From: Patescibacteria group bacterium | Lineage (GTDB): Bacteria > Patescibacteriota > Patescibacteriia > UBA10025 > JAHIVO01 | Direction: 5' to 3' | Assembly (NCBI GenBank): GCA_041660605.1 | Contig: JBAZWB010000001.1 | Coordinates: 393,295-457,294 of the forward strand | DNA: 64,000 bases | Shown here: piece after piece, positions 50,179 to 60,437 of the stretch | Position numbering within the stretch: the first letter of the stretch is position 1 | How the letters are laid out: each line of letters starts with the position of its first letter | Notes under the pieces: model-generated | What the model was told of the DNA's origin: nothing | Seen by the model: the letters and a program-made list of their open reading frames with translations, nothing else | The model's database searches: none | Translations under genes and position numbers: made by a program

Positions 50179-51894
50179 TTATTTTTTTTGGTCAATTTCA
50201 AGCCGCACTCTCTTAATAAAGCTCAAAAGGGAGATTTTTTTCAATGCTTTTTGTCCGCGTATCCTGATATTCAATGATTTGCTTTTCATTTCTTTATCTC
50301 CAATCACCAGCATATAGGGTACTTTCTGTTTTTCCGCCAGACGTATTTTATAGCCGACTGTTTCATTAGCATCGTCCAGCTCAGAGCGGAAGCCCTCCTC
50401 GACAAACTGGTTATGAATTTTTTTTGAGAATGCGAGATGTGCTTTTCCTACGGTAATTACCGCTATTTGCACAGGTGAGAGCCAGATAGGAAAATTACCC
50501 GCGTAGTGCTCAGTAATAATACCGATGAACCGTTCGAACGTCCCCATGATCGCCCGATGGATGATGACCGGCGTCTGTTTGTCGCCATGTTCATCAGTAT
50601 AGGACAATTCGAAGCGCTGGGGGATCTGGAAATCGAGCTGGATAGTGGCCATCTGCCAGTCACGGCCGAGCGAATCCTTGATCCAGACGTCTATCTTCGG
50701 CCCGTAAAAAGCGCCATCACCGGCATTGACGCGGTAGGTGAACTTACTCTTTTTGAGCGCTTGTTCTAGGGCCTGTTCAGCAAAGCGCCAGGTTTTTTCC
50801 TCGCCGAGGTGGTCGGTGGGCATGGTGGAGAGCACCATTTGCGGATTGAACTTGAAGACAGCGTAGAATTTCTTTACGAGTTTAATGACCCTATTGATTT
50901 CCGACTCGATCTGGTTAGGGCGGCAGTAGATGTGTGCGTCGTCCATAGTCAGCTGCCTGACGCGGAACAGCCCACCGAGCGCGCCGGAGATTTCGTTACG
51001 GTGCAGCCGGCCGATTTCCCCAAGCCGCAGCGGCAAGTCCCGGTAGCTCCGTAGTTTGGAATTGTAGATGTAGGTTGATTCAGGACAATTCATCGGTTTC
51101 AGGGCGAAGTCCTGCTTTTCAACTGACAGTTTGAACATGTCTTTTGAGTAGTGCTGCCAGTGTCCGGATTTTTCCCACAGCTCTTTTTTTACCATAATCG
51201 GCGTGGAAATTTCCTGGTAACCGCTACTGTCATGGAGTTCGCGCCAGTAGCGCTCGAGAATTTTCACCATGACCATGCCTTTCGGATGCCAGAACGGAGC
51301 ACCGGGTGCCACGTCGTGGAAGCTGAAAAGATCGAGTTCGGTACCGATTTTACGGTGGTCGCGTTTTTTGAGCTCTTCCTGTAGGGCCAGGTAGTCTTCC
51401 AATTCTTTTTTAGAGGCAAAAGCCACGCCGTAAATGCGCTGCAGCATTTTATTCTTTTCATCCCCGCGCCAGTAAGCGCCGGCGATTTTCGTCAGTTTGA
51501 AAGCATCAGCCGGTATTTCTTTAGTTGAATTAACATGGGGACCAGCGCAGAGGTCAATGAAATTTCCGGATTGGTAAAATGTTATAGCCTGCTTGTCTTT
51601 TACCAACTCGTCAATCAGTTCAAGTTTAAAGGGCTGGCCTTTTGCCAATTCTTTAGCTTCCTCAGCGCTTTTCTCCAGTTTTGTAAATTTAATATTTTGG
51701 CTAATCAGCTTTTTCACTCGTTTTTCAATTTTCGGCAAGTCTTGCGGAGTCAGGGGACGAGGCAGGTCAAAATCATAATAAAAGCCATTTTCAATTACCG
51801 GACCGATGGCCAGCTTGGCCTCGGGAAAAAATTGTTTGACTGCTTCGGCCATCAGGTGTGACAGGGAATGGCGGGTTTTGGTGAGTTGGTTCAT
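50179..51894 (-). CDS. thrS: Threonine--tRNA ligase lacking the N-terminal TGS domain
   Basis: Begins in the SAD/editing region (HSLSHLMAEAV...GFYYDF); class II motifs; HRAIMGTFERFIGIITEHYAGNFPIWLSP. Confidence 0.9.
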   Translation of the reverse strand: MNQLTKTRHSLSHLMAEAVKQFFPEAKLAIGPVIENGFYYDFDLPRPLTPQDLPKIEKRVKKLISQNIKFTKLEKSAEEAKELAKGQPFKLELIDELVKDKQAITFYQSGNFIDLCAGPHVNSTKEIPADAFKLTKIAGAYWRGDEKNKMLQRIYGVAFASKKELEDYLALQEELKKRDHRKIGTELDLFSFHDVAPGAPFWHPKGMVMVKILERYWRELHDSSGYQEISTPIMVKKELWEKSGHWQHYSKDMFKLSVEKQDFALKPMNCPESTYIYNSKLRSYRDLPLRLGEIGRLHRNEISGALGGLFRVRQLTMDDAHIYCRPNQIESEINRVIKLVKKFYAVFKFNPQMVLSTMPTDHLGEEKTWRFAEQALEQALKKSKFTYRVNAGDGAFYGPKIDVWIKDSLGRDWQMATIQLDFQIPQRFELSYTDEHGDKQTPVIIHRAIMGTFERFIGIITEHYAGNFPIWLSPVQIAVITVGKAHLAFSKKIHNQFVEEGFRSELDDANETVGYKIRLAEKQKVPYMLVIGDKEMKSKSLNIRIRGQKALKKISLLSFIKRVRLEIDQKK

Positions 51895-52061
51895 AAATGT
51901 ATAATTAATGATTGATAATTCATAAGTTTTTGATATAGGAACGTTCGCGCGAACGAGCGAATGTAAATTTTTAAAGATTTTATTTCCTGGTGAACAACAT
52001 TTTCAAGATTTTGTTCACGTTCCATAGTTTTTTAGTTTATAATGTATAATATAATTACTTT

Positions 52062-52628
52062 CTATACCTTTACCCCATTTTCACGCAGGAATAAAATAAG
52101 TTTATTAACCGGCATTCCGGCTTTAAAATTATAATTTCCTTCTATATATTCGGCAAATCTTAAGAGACCATCGGCTTCAAAGGCACCGGCGCATTTAATA
52201 ACGGGATATTTAGATATATAATCGTTAATTTCAAAGTCGGAAAGATTTCTGAATCTTACTTTGCAGACTTCCGAAGTTGTCAGCATTTTTCTTGTTTGGC
52301 TGTTATATACGGTTAACCCCGCGACAATTTCAAATGTCTGTCCGGAGAATGATATTAGCATTTCTTTAGCCTGTTTTTCATTGCGGGGCTTGCCAATGAT
52401 TTTTTTATCATGAACAATAAACAAATCCGCCGCAATAATAATTGAATCGGGATTTTCATCGCCGATTTTTTGGGCCTTTGCTTTTGATAATAATTTGGCC
52501 AATTCATTCGGATCGTCGTGATTAATAGCAGATTCGTCAATATCGCTGGGAATGGTTTCGTATTCCAAGCCCAAAATATCCAAAGCGTGTTTTCTGTAAG
52601 GGGATTGAGAAGCGAGGATGATTTTCAT
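52062..52628 (-). CDS. maf: Maf-family nucleoside triphosphate pyrophosphatase (septum formation protein Maf)
   Basis: MKIILASQSPYRKHALDILGL N-terminus; start moved to MKIIL. Confidence 0.85.
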   Translation of the reverse strand: MKIILASQSPYRKHALDILGLEYETIPSDIDESAINHDDPNELAKLLSKAKAQKIGDENPDSIIIAADLFIVHDKKIIGKPRNEKQAKEMLISFSGQTFEIVAGLTVYNSQTRKMLTTSEVCKVRFRNLSDFEINDYISKYPVIKCAGAFEADGLLRFAEYIEGNYNFKAGMPVNKLILFLRENGVKV

Positions 52629-52920
52629 ATTTAAGCGTCGGAAATTATTTATTATTAGTATAAAAATAAATTCCCAAAACATATCAATGTCTTGGGGTTC
52701 TTCGGTCCCTCGGCAGGCTCGGGATCTACGAACGGTTCCACCCATGTTGGCGCATAGCCTATAGCGTATAGTGCTTTACACCCGCTTGTTTATTGAGTTG
52801 GCCATTTAATTTAGGCAGGAGCGTTGGTGTTCCCATAGGCGTTTGGTAGGCGCCTCAATCATTAAAAGGCATATTAAGCTTAATGTTTTTAAGTTTTTTT
52901 GTCAATTTGAAATGAAGCGA

Positions 52921-54066
52921 CTACCCACCAATTTTAATCTCTATATGGTCTTTCAGACCCGGAGCTTTGGTTACCCAGAACGGCGAAAATTTTATTTTAA
53001 CCTGACCAATTTCATTAAAATTAGAAAAATAAGCTTTGATTTCCTGTTCATCCCGGCCGGTCAGATTGTCGCGGTCAAATATTGGGCTGGATAAACGCGG
53101 AACGGCTTTTGCGGAATATTTCACGTTTAGCCTGGCAGTATTGCCGCTCTTATCGTATTCATTGATAGTATAATTCAGAGTATCTGAATTTTTATTGGCC
53201 AGTTCTTCGCCTTCAGCCAGCGATTTTACTAGTTCGGCGGTAGCGGCATTTTGCATTTCGCTTTCGTCAAAATAAACGGCCATGACATTTAATTTCATAT
53301 TGAGAGTAAAACTGGAGCCCGCTAGGCCCCCTTCCGGGACAGAAGTAGAACTTAGGATGACTGAGCCGACCGCGGCTTTTTTGTTCCTCAGCTGGTCGTT
53401 GTCTTGAATCATTTTTTGCACTGCTTCCTGTTCCAGTTTGGTTCTCAGCTCCTCGCCTTTGTTATTTATCATGGTTTGGGTGATAATTTTCGCTTCTACC
53501 ATCCCGCCGGTTGTCGGTTCGTTGCTCACAGCATAAATTTTTTCCTGCAACCCGGGCCAGAGGCCTGGGATGGTAAATTTTGCTGGCTCAATATTTCCTG
53601 ATTCACCCGGCTGGTCAGCGTATATTTCTACGCCGTCAATTTTCCCACCGGCCGGAACATCCACCCGGTTTTTAATCCGGAAGAGCGTCCCGTCAGGGGA
53701 GAGTAGGCGGGTAGTGGCGGCTAGTGCCTGGGTCTGCGACCAGTTGTTGTAGATGGTTACTTTTCCTGTAGCCTGGGCTTCCTGCATTTCTCCTTCATTG
53801 GTATTTTCAAAATTCTGATTGCCGCTGATTTCAGTTTCAGCTAGAGTGCCGGTAATATGTGCTTCACTGGGTGCGCCATCTCCTGTTTTATCAGTGGCCA
53901 GGATGGTGAAACTGATGTCTTTGTCCTGCGGTATCAGGGCGACGGTGATGACGGTTTTAGACAGGGAAAAATAGGCGATCAGACCAAAAAGTATCAATGC
54001 GCAAACAATGAATAAAGCAATTATTTTTTTATAAAGCTGGGTGGTTTGGATCTTGGCTATTTGCAT
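52921..54066 (-). CDS. Hypothetical exported protein with an N-terminal TM anchor
   Basis: 382 aa from MQIAKIQ, placed so it does not overlap dnaE; Thr/Asn-rich extracellular domain. Confidence 0.5.
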   Translation of the reverse strand: MQIAKIQTTQLYKKIIALFIVCALILFGLIAYFSLSKTVITVALIPQDKDISFTILATDKTGDGAPSEAHITGTLAETEISGNQNFENTNEGEMQEAQATGKVTIYNNWSQTQALAATTRLLSPDGTLFRIKNRVDVPAGGKIDGVEIYADQPGESGNIEPAKFTIPGLWPGLQEKIYAVSNEPTTGGMVEAKIITQTMINNKGEELRTKLEQEAVQKMIQDNDQLRNKKAAVGSVILSSTSVPEGGLAGSSFTLNMKLNVMAVYFDESEMQNAATAELVKSLAEGEELANKNSDTLNYTINEYDKSGNTARLNVKYSAKAVPRLSSPIFDRDNLTGRDEQEIKAYFSNFNEIGQVKIKFSPFWVTKAPGLKDHIEIKIGG

Positions 54067-54079
54067 AAAATAATTGTAG

Positions 54080-57000
54080 CTAATCGCTGGAAATTTGTAT
54101 ACAGTCTTCTCCCAGAAGGGAACGGATGGAGGCGAAACTTTCATCGCTGATCCGGTATTTGGTATTAATGACTTTATTTTTTTTGGAGGAATCGATCCGC
54201 AAGCTGACCTGGTATTCCCCGGGAAATTTAGTAAAAGTATCTTTAAGCTTTTCAAAAATATCCTGTTTGATTTTTGGCTGAATCTTCAGGAAGACTGTCT
54301 GTTTTTTCCCTGTCTGCGGTGAAGTGTTTTTCGACAAATTACTGACGTCAAATAACTTGGCATCATTGCAGAGTATTTTTATGGCGCCATCTTTGTCGGA
54401 AATTTTCCCTTTGATCAGGAGAATTTTCTCTTCCTGCCAGATATTCGGGTTGGCAGTCAGGACAGAGGGGAAAACCAGGACTTCCGTACGCCCGGTCATG
54501 TCTTCCATTTTTATGAAGAGCATCGCCTGGTTATTGCGGGTGATGACTTTCTGGATATTGGTAATAATGCCGCCAATAACGATATCCACGCTATTTATAT
54601 AATTATGGAGCATGCCGATGGGAGTGGCGATTTTTTTCAGATGCTCTTGATATTCATCCAGGGGATGTTCGCTGATATACAAGCCCAGGAGTTCTTTTTC
54701 CCAGGATAGTCTTTGGGTTTTGCTGGTCGGTTCTGATTCCGGCAGTCGGAGTTTTGGGGTATGCTGCACGGGTAATGAGCCGAATAAATTTGACTGGCCA
54801 TTCAGGGATTCTTTTTCTACTGATTTGTTAAAATTTAATAGTGATTCAATATTTGAGAGAAGCTGGTTGCGCTCGCCAAATTTGTCCAGAGCGCCGGATT
54901 TTATCAGGCTCTCCAGCGATTTTTTATTCAGATCCTTGGTCCGCACGCGCATCAGAAAATCTTCCAAGTTTTTGAAAATGCCGTTTTTTTTGCGCTCCTG
55001 GATGATGGTCTTGGCGATGTTGGTACCCACGTTCTTTATAGCCAGCAGGCCGAAGCGTATTTTCTTTTCCGGTAATTTTGTTTCCGGGTTGAAAACGGCG
55101 GTAAAGGTGGAATAACTTTCGTTAATATCCGGCGGGAGGACCTTGATGCCCATTTGCTCGGATTCTTCTACCTCAATGGCTATCCGGTCCATATCGCCAT
55201 AATCAGAGGTCAGCAGTGAGGCCATGAATTCATCGGGGTAGTTCGCCTTGAAATAAGCGGTTTGATAGGCAATCAGGGCGTAGCAGGCCGCATGAGCGCG
55301 TACAAAACCATAACGGGCGAACGGCTCGATCATTTTCCAGATTTTTTCCGCAACTGGCTTGGTGATATTATTTTTAATCATGCCTTTGACCATTTTCGCC
55401 CGCTGCTCATTGAGAAGCTTTTTTATTTTTTTGCCCACCGCCTTGCGCAGAATGTCCGCTTCCGAAAGTGAAAAGCCGGCTAAATCGCGAGCGATCTGCA
55501 TCAACTGCTCCTGATAAACGGCCACCCCGTAGGTTTTTTCCAGTATGGGCTTCAGCTTTGGGTGGAGATAGGTCGTTTGTTTCAGCCCATGCTTGCCATT
55601 GATATAGTCAGGGATGAATTCCATCGGGCCGGGGCGGTAAAGGGCGACCATGGCGATGATGTCTTCCAATTCAGTCGGTTTCAGCTGTTTTAAATATCGT
55701 TTCATGCCGGATGATTCAAGCTGGAAGACTCCGGTGGTTTTTCCGGCCTGGAGGAGGGCAAAAGTTTTTTTATCATCCAGCGGCAGGTCGTCAATATTCA
55801 GGGAAATATTCCTGGCTTTTTTGATAATATCAATCGTGTTTTCCAAAATGGTCAGGTTTTTCAAGCCAAGAAAATCCATTTTCAAAAGCCCCAGATCTTC
55901 GATAGGGTGGAGCGAATATTGCGAAATTATGACATTCTCATCCTGGGTGGAATATTGCAGGGGGACGTAATTCGTCAGAGGCTCTTTAGTAATCACCACG
56001 CCGCAGGCGTGAGTGGAAGCGTGGCGGGCGACGCCTTCCAGCTTCCTGGCTGAATCAATGAGCTTTTTTCCGTCAGCTTCATTTGAATAGAGTTCCTTAA
56101 GCTCAGGAATTATATTTAAGGCCTGCTCTATGGTAGTGAACATGGGAATTAGTTTGGCAATTTTATCGCAATAAGTATAAGACAATCCTAAAACCCGGCC
56201 GGCATCCCGGACCGCCGCGCGGGCGGCCATGGTACCGAAGGTAATAATCTGAGCCACGTGATCCTTGCCATATTTATTTTCAACATAGTTGATAACCTCG
56301 TCGCGCCTGGTATCGGCAAAATCAAGATCAATATCAGGCATGGAAATTCTCTCTGGATTCAGAAACCTTTCAAACAGAAGGCTATATTTCAGAGGATCAA
56401 TGTTTGTAATATTGGTTAAATACGAAACAATACTGCCGGCAGCAGAGCCGCGGCCGGGGCCGACGACTATTCCGTTGTTTTTTGCCCAGTTGACAAAATC
56501 CTGTACTATTAAAAAATACGAAGCAAACCCGGTCTTTTTTATCACTGAAAGTTCGTAATCGAGCCTTTTTCGCACTGCCGGATCGTTTTTATGATCAGGA
56601 TAACGCCTGTCCAGACCCAATTCGCAGAGTTCACTCAGATAGCCATCCGCGGTAGTATCCGGTGGCAGGTCGAAGTGAGGCAAGGTTATTTTTCCCAGCT
56701 CGAGTTCCAAATTGCACTTCTCCGCAATTTTTACCGTATTTGTGAGCACCTCGGGATGATCAGCGAACGCCCTCTGCATCGTTTCCGGACTTTTAAATGA
56801 AAAATCTTCTCCCATGTAGCTCATGCGGTTTGTCTCACTCTGCTTTTGTTTGGTCTGCAGGCAGATGAGTATGTCGTGATATATGTCGTCTTCTTTGCTA
56901 GGATAGTGAAGATCGTTGGTAGCAACTATGGGAATATCCAGTTTGCTGCCAATCTGAAATATGGCATTGTTGATTTCCGACTGGCGGGGGATATTCGGAT

Positions 57001-57532
57001 GATCCTGAACCTCCAGGCAAAAATTGCCCTTGCCGAAAATTTCCTGCAGCTCCAGAGCTGAGCGTTCAGCGAGTTTCAGATCCTCATTGAGAATCGCCCG
57101 CGGCACCTGCCCCTGCAGGCAGGCAGATAACCCGATTAGTCCCTGGGAATGCTTTTTTAAAAAATCCAGATCTATCCTCGGCTTATAATAAAATCCCTTC
57201 AGATGGGCGGCTGAAGTTATTTTAATCAAATTTTTATAACCTTCAAGATTGGCGGCTAAAAGCACGAGATGATAGGGCTTCTCATCTATTTTAGCCCTTT
57301 TATTTTCCATGCCGTTCCTGGCAATGTAGGCTTCCACCCCGACAATTGGTTTGATTCCTGCCTTTTTCGCTTTTTGGTAGAATTCAATAGCACCATACAT
57401 CACTCCATGGTCAGTCAGGGCCAGGGCCGGCATTTTATATTCTTGTGCTTTTTTTATCAATTCGTCTATTTTGGCCAATCCATCAAGGAGACTATAATGA
57501 CTATGGACATGAAGATGTACGAAGTCCGGCAT
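54080..57532 (-). CDS. dnaE: DNA polymerase III alpha subunit
   Basis: N-terminal PHP domain (HLHVHSHYSLLDG); polymerase core, OB-fold and tau-binding regions over 1150 aa. Confidence 0.95.
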   Translation of the reverse strand: MPDFVHLHVHSHYSLLDGLAKIDELIKKAQEYKMPALALTDHGVMYGAIEFYQKAKKAGIKPIVGVEAYIARNGMENKRAKIDEKPYHLVLLAANLEGYKNLIKITSAAHLKGFYYKPRIDLDFLKKHSQGLIGLSACLQGQVPRAILNEDLKLAERSALELQEIFGKGNFCLEVQDHPNIPRQSEINNAIFQIGSKLDIPIVATNDLHYPSKEDDIYHDILICLQTKQKQSETNRMSYMGEDFSFKSPETMQRAFADHPEVLTNTVKIAEKCNLELELGKITLPHFDLPPDTTADGYLSELCELGLDRRYPDHKNDPAVRKRLDYELSVIKKTGFASYFLIVQDFVNWAKNNGIVVGPGRGSAAGSIVSYLTNITNIDPLKYSLLFERFLNPERISMPDIDLDFADTRRDEVINYVENKYGKDHVAQIITFGTMAARAAVRDAGRVLGLSYTYCDKIAKLIPMFTTIEQALNIIPELKELYSNEADGKKLIDSARKLEGVARHASTHACGVVITKEPLTNYVPLQYSTQDENVIISQYSLHPIEDLGLLKMDFLGLKNLTILENTIDIIKKARNISLNIDDLPLDDKKTFALLQAGKTTGVFQLESSGMKRYLKQLKPTELEDIIAMVALYRPGPMEFIPDYINGKHGLKQTTYLHPKLKPILEKTYGVAVYQEQLMQIARDLAGFSLSEADILRKAVGKKIKKLLNEQRAKMVKGMIKNNITKPVAEKIWKMIEPFARYGFVRAHAACYALIAYQTAYFKANYPDEFMASLLTSDYGDMDRIAIEVEESEQMGIKVLPPDINESYSTFTAVFNPETKLPEKKIRFGLLAIKNVGTNIAKTIIQERKKNGIFKNLEDFLMRVRTKDLNKKSLESLIKSGALDKFGERNQLLSNIESLLNFNKSVEKESLNGQSNLFGSLPVQHTPKLRLPESEPTSKTQRLSWEKELLGLYISEHPLDEYQEHLKKIATPIGMLHNYINSVDIVIGGIITNIQKVITRNNQAMLFIKMEDMTGRTEVLVFPSVLTANPNIWQEEKILLIKGKISDKDGAIKILCNDAKLFDVSNLSKNTSPQTGKKQTVFLKIQPKIKQDIFEKLKDTFTKFPGEYQVSLRIDSSKKNKVINTKYRISDESFASIRSLLGEDCIQISSD

Positions 57533-57560
57533 AATTTAAAGACGATTATTTCCCGTCACT

Positions 57561-57881
57561 TTATTTATTTTTTTCTTTCTTCTCTTGCCTTTTTTCTTTT
57601 TTCTTTTTCAGATAATCCAGCAGTTCAGTTACGCCCTTCAGCACCAGAGGCAGATAAGAGGCGGTATGGGTTAATTTTTCTTCAATGGTGTTGAATAATT
57701 GCTCCAGTCTGTTAATTTTTTCTTTGACCGAAACGATTATTTCGCTGATGCCCATCACAGCATCGTGTCCTTTTTTCAGGATCATGATCAAATAGTACAG
57801 CCCCCAGCACAGGAAAAAGGTCAGGACGACTGCGCAAGTCGCCAGGCCTATAAAAAGTATATCTTTGCTGGTTTCAAACAT
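57561..57881 (-). CDS. Hypothetical small membrane protein with a coiled coil and a Lys/Glu-rich tail
   Basis: 106 aa, one TM, just upstream of dnaE on the same strand. Confidence 0.4.
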   Translation of the reverse strand: MFETSKDILFIGLATCAVVLTFFLCWGLYYLIMILKKGHDAVMGISEIIVSVKEKINRLEQLFNTIEEKLTHTASYLPLVLKGVTELLDYLKKKKEKRQEKKEKNK

Positions 57882-57966
57882 ATTTTTTCATTTAAATGCA
57901 CTTAATCAGCTAGTTTAGTGTATTATATCATACAATTTATAATAACATCAATAATTCTCAAAATTG

Positions 57967-57984
57967 AACAAATATGGTAAAATT
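57967..57984 (+). promoter_or_regulatory. Extended -10 promoter motif AAATATGGTAAAAT, third copy
   Basis: Identical 14-mer, 25 nt upstream of the 58009 start. Confidence 0.45.
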
Positions 57985-58008
57985 AAACCATCTTAAACAG
58001 CCATTATT

Positions 58009-58830
58009 ATGCTTGATGTTAGCAATATCTGGATTAAAGTAAATTACTTTTTAATTACCAATAAATTTTATTTTAAAAAATGGTGGGTTCTATTGATGAT
58101 CGCAGCCGATATTTTCATTTTGATTTTTGCCTTTACCAATCTCATTTTATATATTTTCAGCATTCCCAGGGAGAATTTATTGATGCAGGCGATGGCCAGC
58201 CAGCAAATCGATTACCCGGCCATCCGTACTCGCACCCATCCGGTTTCATTAACAATCGTTTCCTCTACCGCCATTCCTCTAGCTGAGAGTAGATACGACT
58301 TAGTAACAGAGGTAAAGAACACCAATGTCAATTGGGCGGTTAACTCCATAACTTATCATTATGAAATCGGCGAAACCAGCACTGAGGCACGCGATGATTT
58401 TATTTTACCTGATGGTACGAAATATTTAGCGCAGCTGGGAGTGCAGTCCCAGTCATCCGGTACCGCGCCTGAAATAAAGCTGATCATAGAAAATATTGAC
58501 TGGGTCAGGGTGAATGACGATAGCTTGCCCCCGATTACTTTTGATATCAGTAATATTGAATATACCAATACTTCGACTGGCGATATTTCCTCGCAGCGGG
58601 TGACGGCCCAGATAACCAATACCGGGCTGAACGGCTTTTGGCAGACGAGATTTGCCGTGGTGCTCTATAATGGCAATAAAATTGTGGGTATAAATTTTGT
58701 ATATTTATCGCCGTTTAAGGCTGGAGAGAAAAAAATGTTTGTTTCACAGTGGAATCAGGACATTCCCAATGTAACTGAAACCAGCATCACTCCGGATGTA
58801 AATATTTTGCAGTCCGACAACATTATTTGA
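58009..58830 (+). CDS. Hypothetical membrane-anchored protein
   Basis: N-terminal TM then a roughly 220-aa beta-rich domain. Confidence 0.45.
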   Translation: MLDVSNIWIKVNYFLITNKFYFKKWWVLLMIAADIFILIFAFTNLILYIFSIPRENLLMQAMASQQIDYPAIRTRTHPVSLTIVSSTAIPLAESRYDLVTEVKNTNVNWAVNSITYHYEIGETSTEARDDFILPDGTKYLAQLGVQSQSSGTAPEIKLIIENIDWVRVNDDSLPPITFDISNIEYTNTSTGDISSQRVTAQITNTGLNGFWQTRFAVVLYNGNKIVGINFVYLSPFKAGEKKMFVSQWNQDIPNVTETSITPDVNILQSDNII

Positions 58831-58860
58831 GTTTTCACCGTTTTGTGTTAAAGTGGAAAA

Positions 58861-59970
58861 ATGCTCAGAAGAATCTTATATTATATACGTAAATCTGATT
58901 GGGCGCTGTCACTGATGGCGATTTTTTTAGTTTTATTCGGATTAATGTCAATCTATAGCATAGAAACAGCTGTCAGCAATCCGGATTTTTTAAATTTTAA
59001 AAAACAACTGATTTTTTCCGCCATTGGCTTGATTTTCCTGATTTTTTTCAGCGTCTTTGACTATCGCTATTTAAAAAATTATGCCGTGGTATTATTTATC
59101 ATCGGCTTGCTGATTTTAGCCGGCGTTTTGATAGGCGGCAGCACGGTCCGCGGAACCAAGGGCTGGATACTGATTTTCGGTGCGCAGGGTTTTCAGCCCG
59201 TTGAAGTGATAAAAATAATTTTAATCGCCACGCTTGGTAAATATTTTTCAGATTGGCGCGCGGAAATAAAGAATCTTAAACAGTTGGGGATTACCTTGGG
59301 CATCGGCGGACTATTCATCGGACTGGTTGTTTTGCAGCCGGATTTCGGTTCGGCTATTATTCTGACAATTATTTTTTTGGGCATGCTGCTTATTGTCAAA
59401 ACCAAAAAACAATATTTAGCAGCAATATTCTTTTTGCTTTGCCTGGTAATGGTTGTCAGCTGGTTTTTTGTGCTGCACGATTTTCAGAAAGAAAGAATTT
59501 TGAATTTTATGGATCCCGCCAGAGACCCCTATGGCACCGGCTATAATATCAAGCAATCTATTATTGCTGTCGGTTCCGGCAATATTTTCGGGCGTGGATT
59601 AAGCCTGGGTTCTCAGAGCCGTCTGAATTTTTTGCCGGCACAGGAAACGGATTTTATTTTCGCGGTAATTGCCGAAGAATTGGGATTAGTCGGCATTACG
59701 CTTTTATTGGTTTTTTTCGTTATTATTTTTTACCGATTGATAAAGATCGTCAGGCTGGCACGCGACGATTTCGGACGTTTTTTAATAAGCGGGATTATTA
59801 TTTATTTTTTTGCTCAGACTGTTCTCAATATCGGGATGAACATCGGCATCCTGCCGATCGCCGGCGTGCCTTTACCGCTGGTCAGCTACGGCGGCAGTTC
59901 CCTGATCGCCACTTTGATGGCTATCGGCATAGCCCAGAGCGTACATATCCGGCATAAGTCAGCATTATGA
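58861..59970 (+). CDS. ftsW: SEDS-family peptidoglycan glycosyltransferase (FtsW/RodA)
   Basis: 10-TM SEDS pattern; C-terminal PLPLVSYGGSSL. Confidence 0.85.
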   Translation: MLRRILYYIRKSDWALSLMAIFLVLFGLMSIYSIETAVSNPDFLNFKKQLIFSAIGLIFLIFFSVFDYRYLKNYAVVLFIIGLLILAGVLIGGSTVRGTKGWILIFGAQGFQPVEVIKIILIATLGKYFSDWRAEIKNLKQLGITLGIGGLFIGLVVLQPDFGSAIILTIIFLGMLLIVKTKKQYLAAIFFLLCLVMVVSWFFVLHDFQKERILNFMDPARDPYGTGYNIKQSIIAVGSGNIFGRGLSLGSQSRLNFLPAQETDFIFAVIAEELGLVGITLLLVFFVIIFYRLIKIVRLARDDFGRFLISGIIIYFFAQTVLNIGMNIGILPIAGVPLPLVSYGGSSLIATLMAIGIAQSVHIRHKSAL

Positions 59971-59984
59971 TTTTTTATCTACCC

Positions 59985-60014
59985 TTGACTAGCAGGGGTA
60001 AAATGTGATATAAT
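59985..60014 (+). promoter_or_regulatory. Near-consensus sigma70 promoter (TTGACT, 18-nt spacer, TGaTATAAT extended -10)
   Basis: An ATG lies 6 nt downstream of the -10 hexamer, so the transcript could be leaderless. Confidence 0.5.
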
Positions 60015-60048
60015 ACACTATGTTGAGCCTTAATAAAGACAAAAATAC

Positions 60049-60393
60049 ATGCAAATCAAAAAGAAAAACCAAAACGAGCTTTATACCAATACTACGCAAC
60101 TGGTCTCATACTGCCCATTGTGCAACTGTTCATTTTCTCCGACCCGCGCGGCTATTGTCTGCGATGAAGGACATACGCAACTTTTATATGTTAATTGCAG
60201 CCAGTGTCGCAGTTCTATTGTTTTACTGCTGATAATGGGGGAAGTGGGCGTCAGCTCTATCGGGCTTATTACCGATCTAAGGGAGCCGGAAGTCAAAATA
60301 TTCAAGGATACCGCGCCGGTTTCACAAAATGATATAATTGATTTGCACCAGCTATTGACGGGTAAAGAAAATTTTATTACCCTATTATCATAG
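60049..60393 (+). CDS. Small Zn-ribbon-like hypothetical protein; an alternative overlapping leaderless ORF runs 60020-60232
   Basis: CPLCNC ... CDEGH ... CSQC Cys pairs; two competing reading frames. Confidence 0.3.
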   Translation: MQIKKKNQNELYTNTTQLVSYCPLCNCSFSPTRAAIVCDEGHTQLLYVNCSQCRSSIVLLLIMGEVGVSSIGLITDLREPEVKIFKDTAPVSQNDIIDLHQLLTGKENFITLLS

Positions 60394-60437
60394 GCATTCG
60401 GTAGTTTAATTTTTTTTTACTCAATAATAAAACAATA

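Noticed and set aside
52629-52745. N-terminal 39 codons of the listed maf ORF
   Set aside because: Maf proteins begin at the conserved MKIILASQSP; the upstream extension is GC-rich and non-conserved.
54067-54255. N-terminal 63 codons of the listed 444-aa minus ORF, which overlap dnaE
   Set aside because: This stretch overlaps the dnaE C-terminus; the start at MQIAKIQ removes the overlap and leaves a normal signal-anchor.
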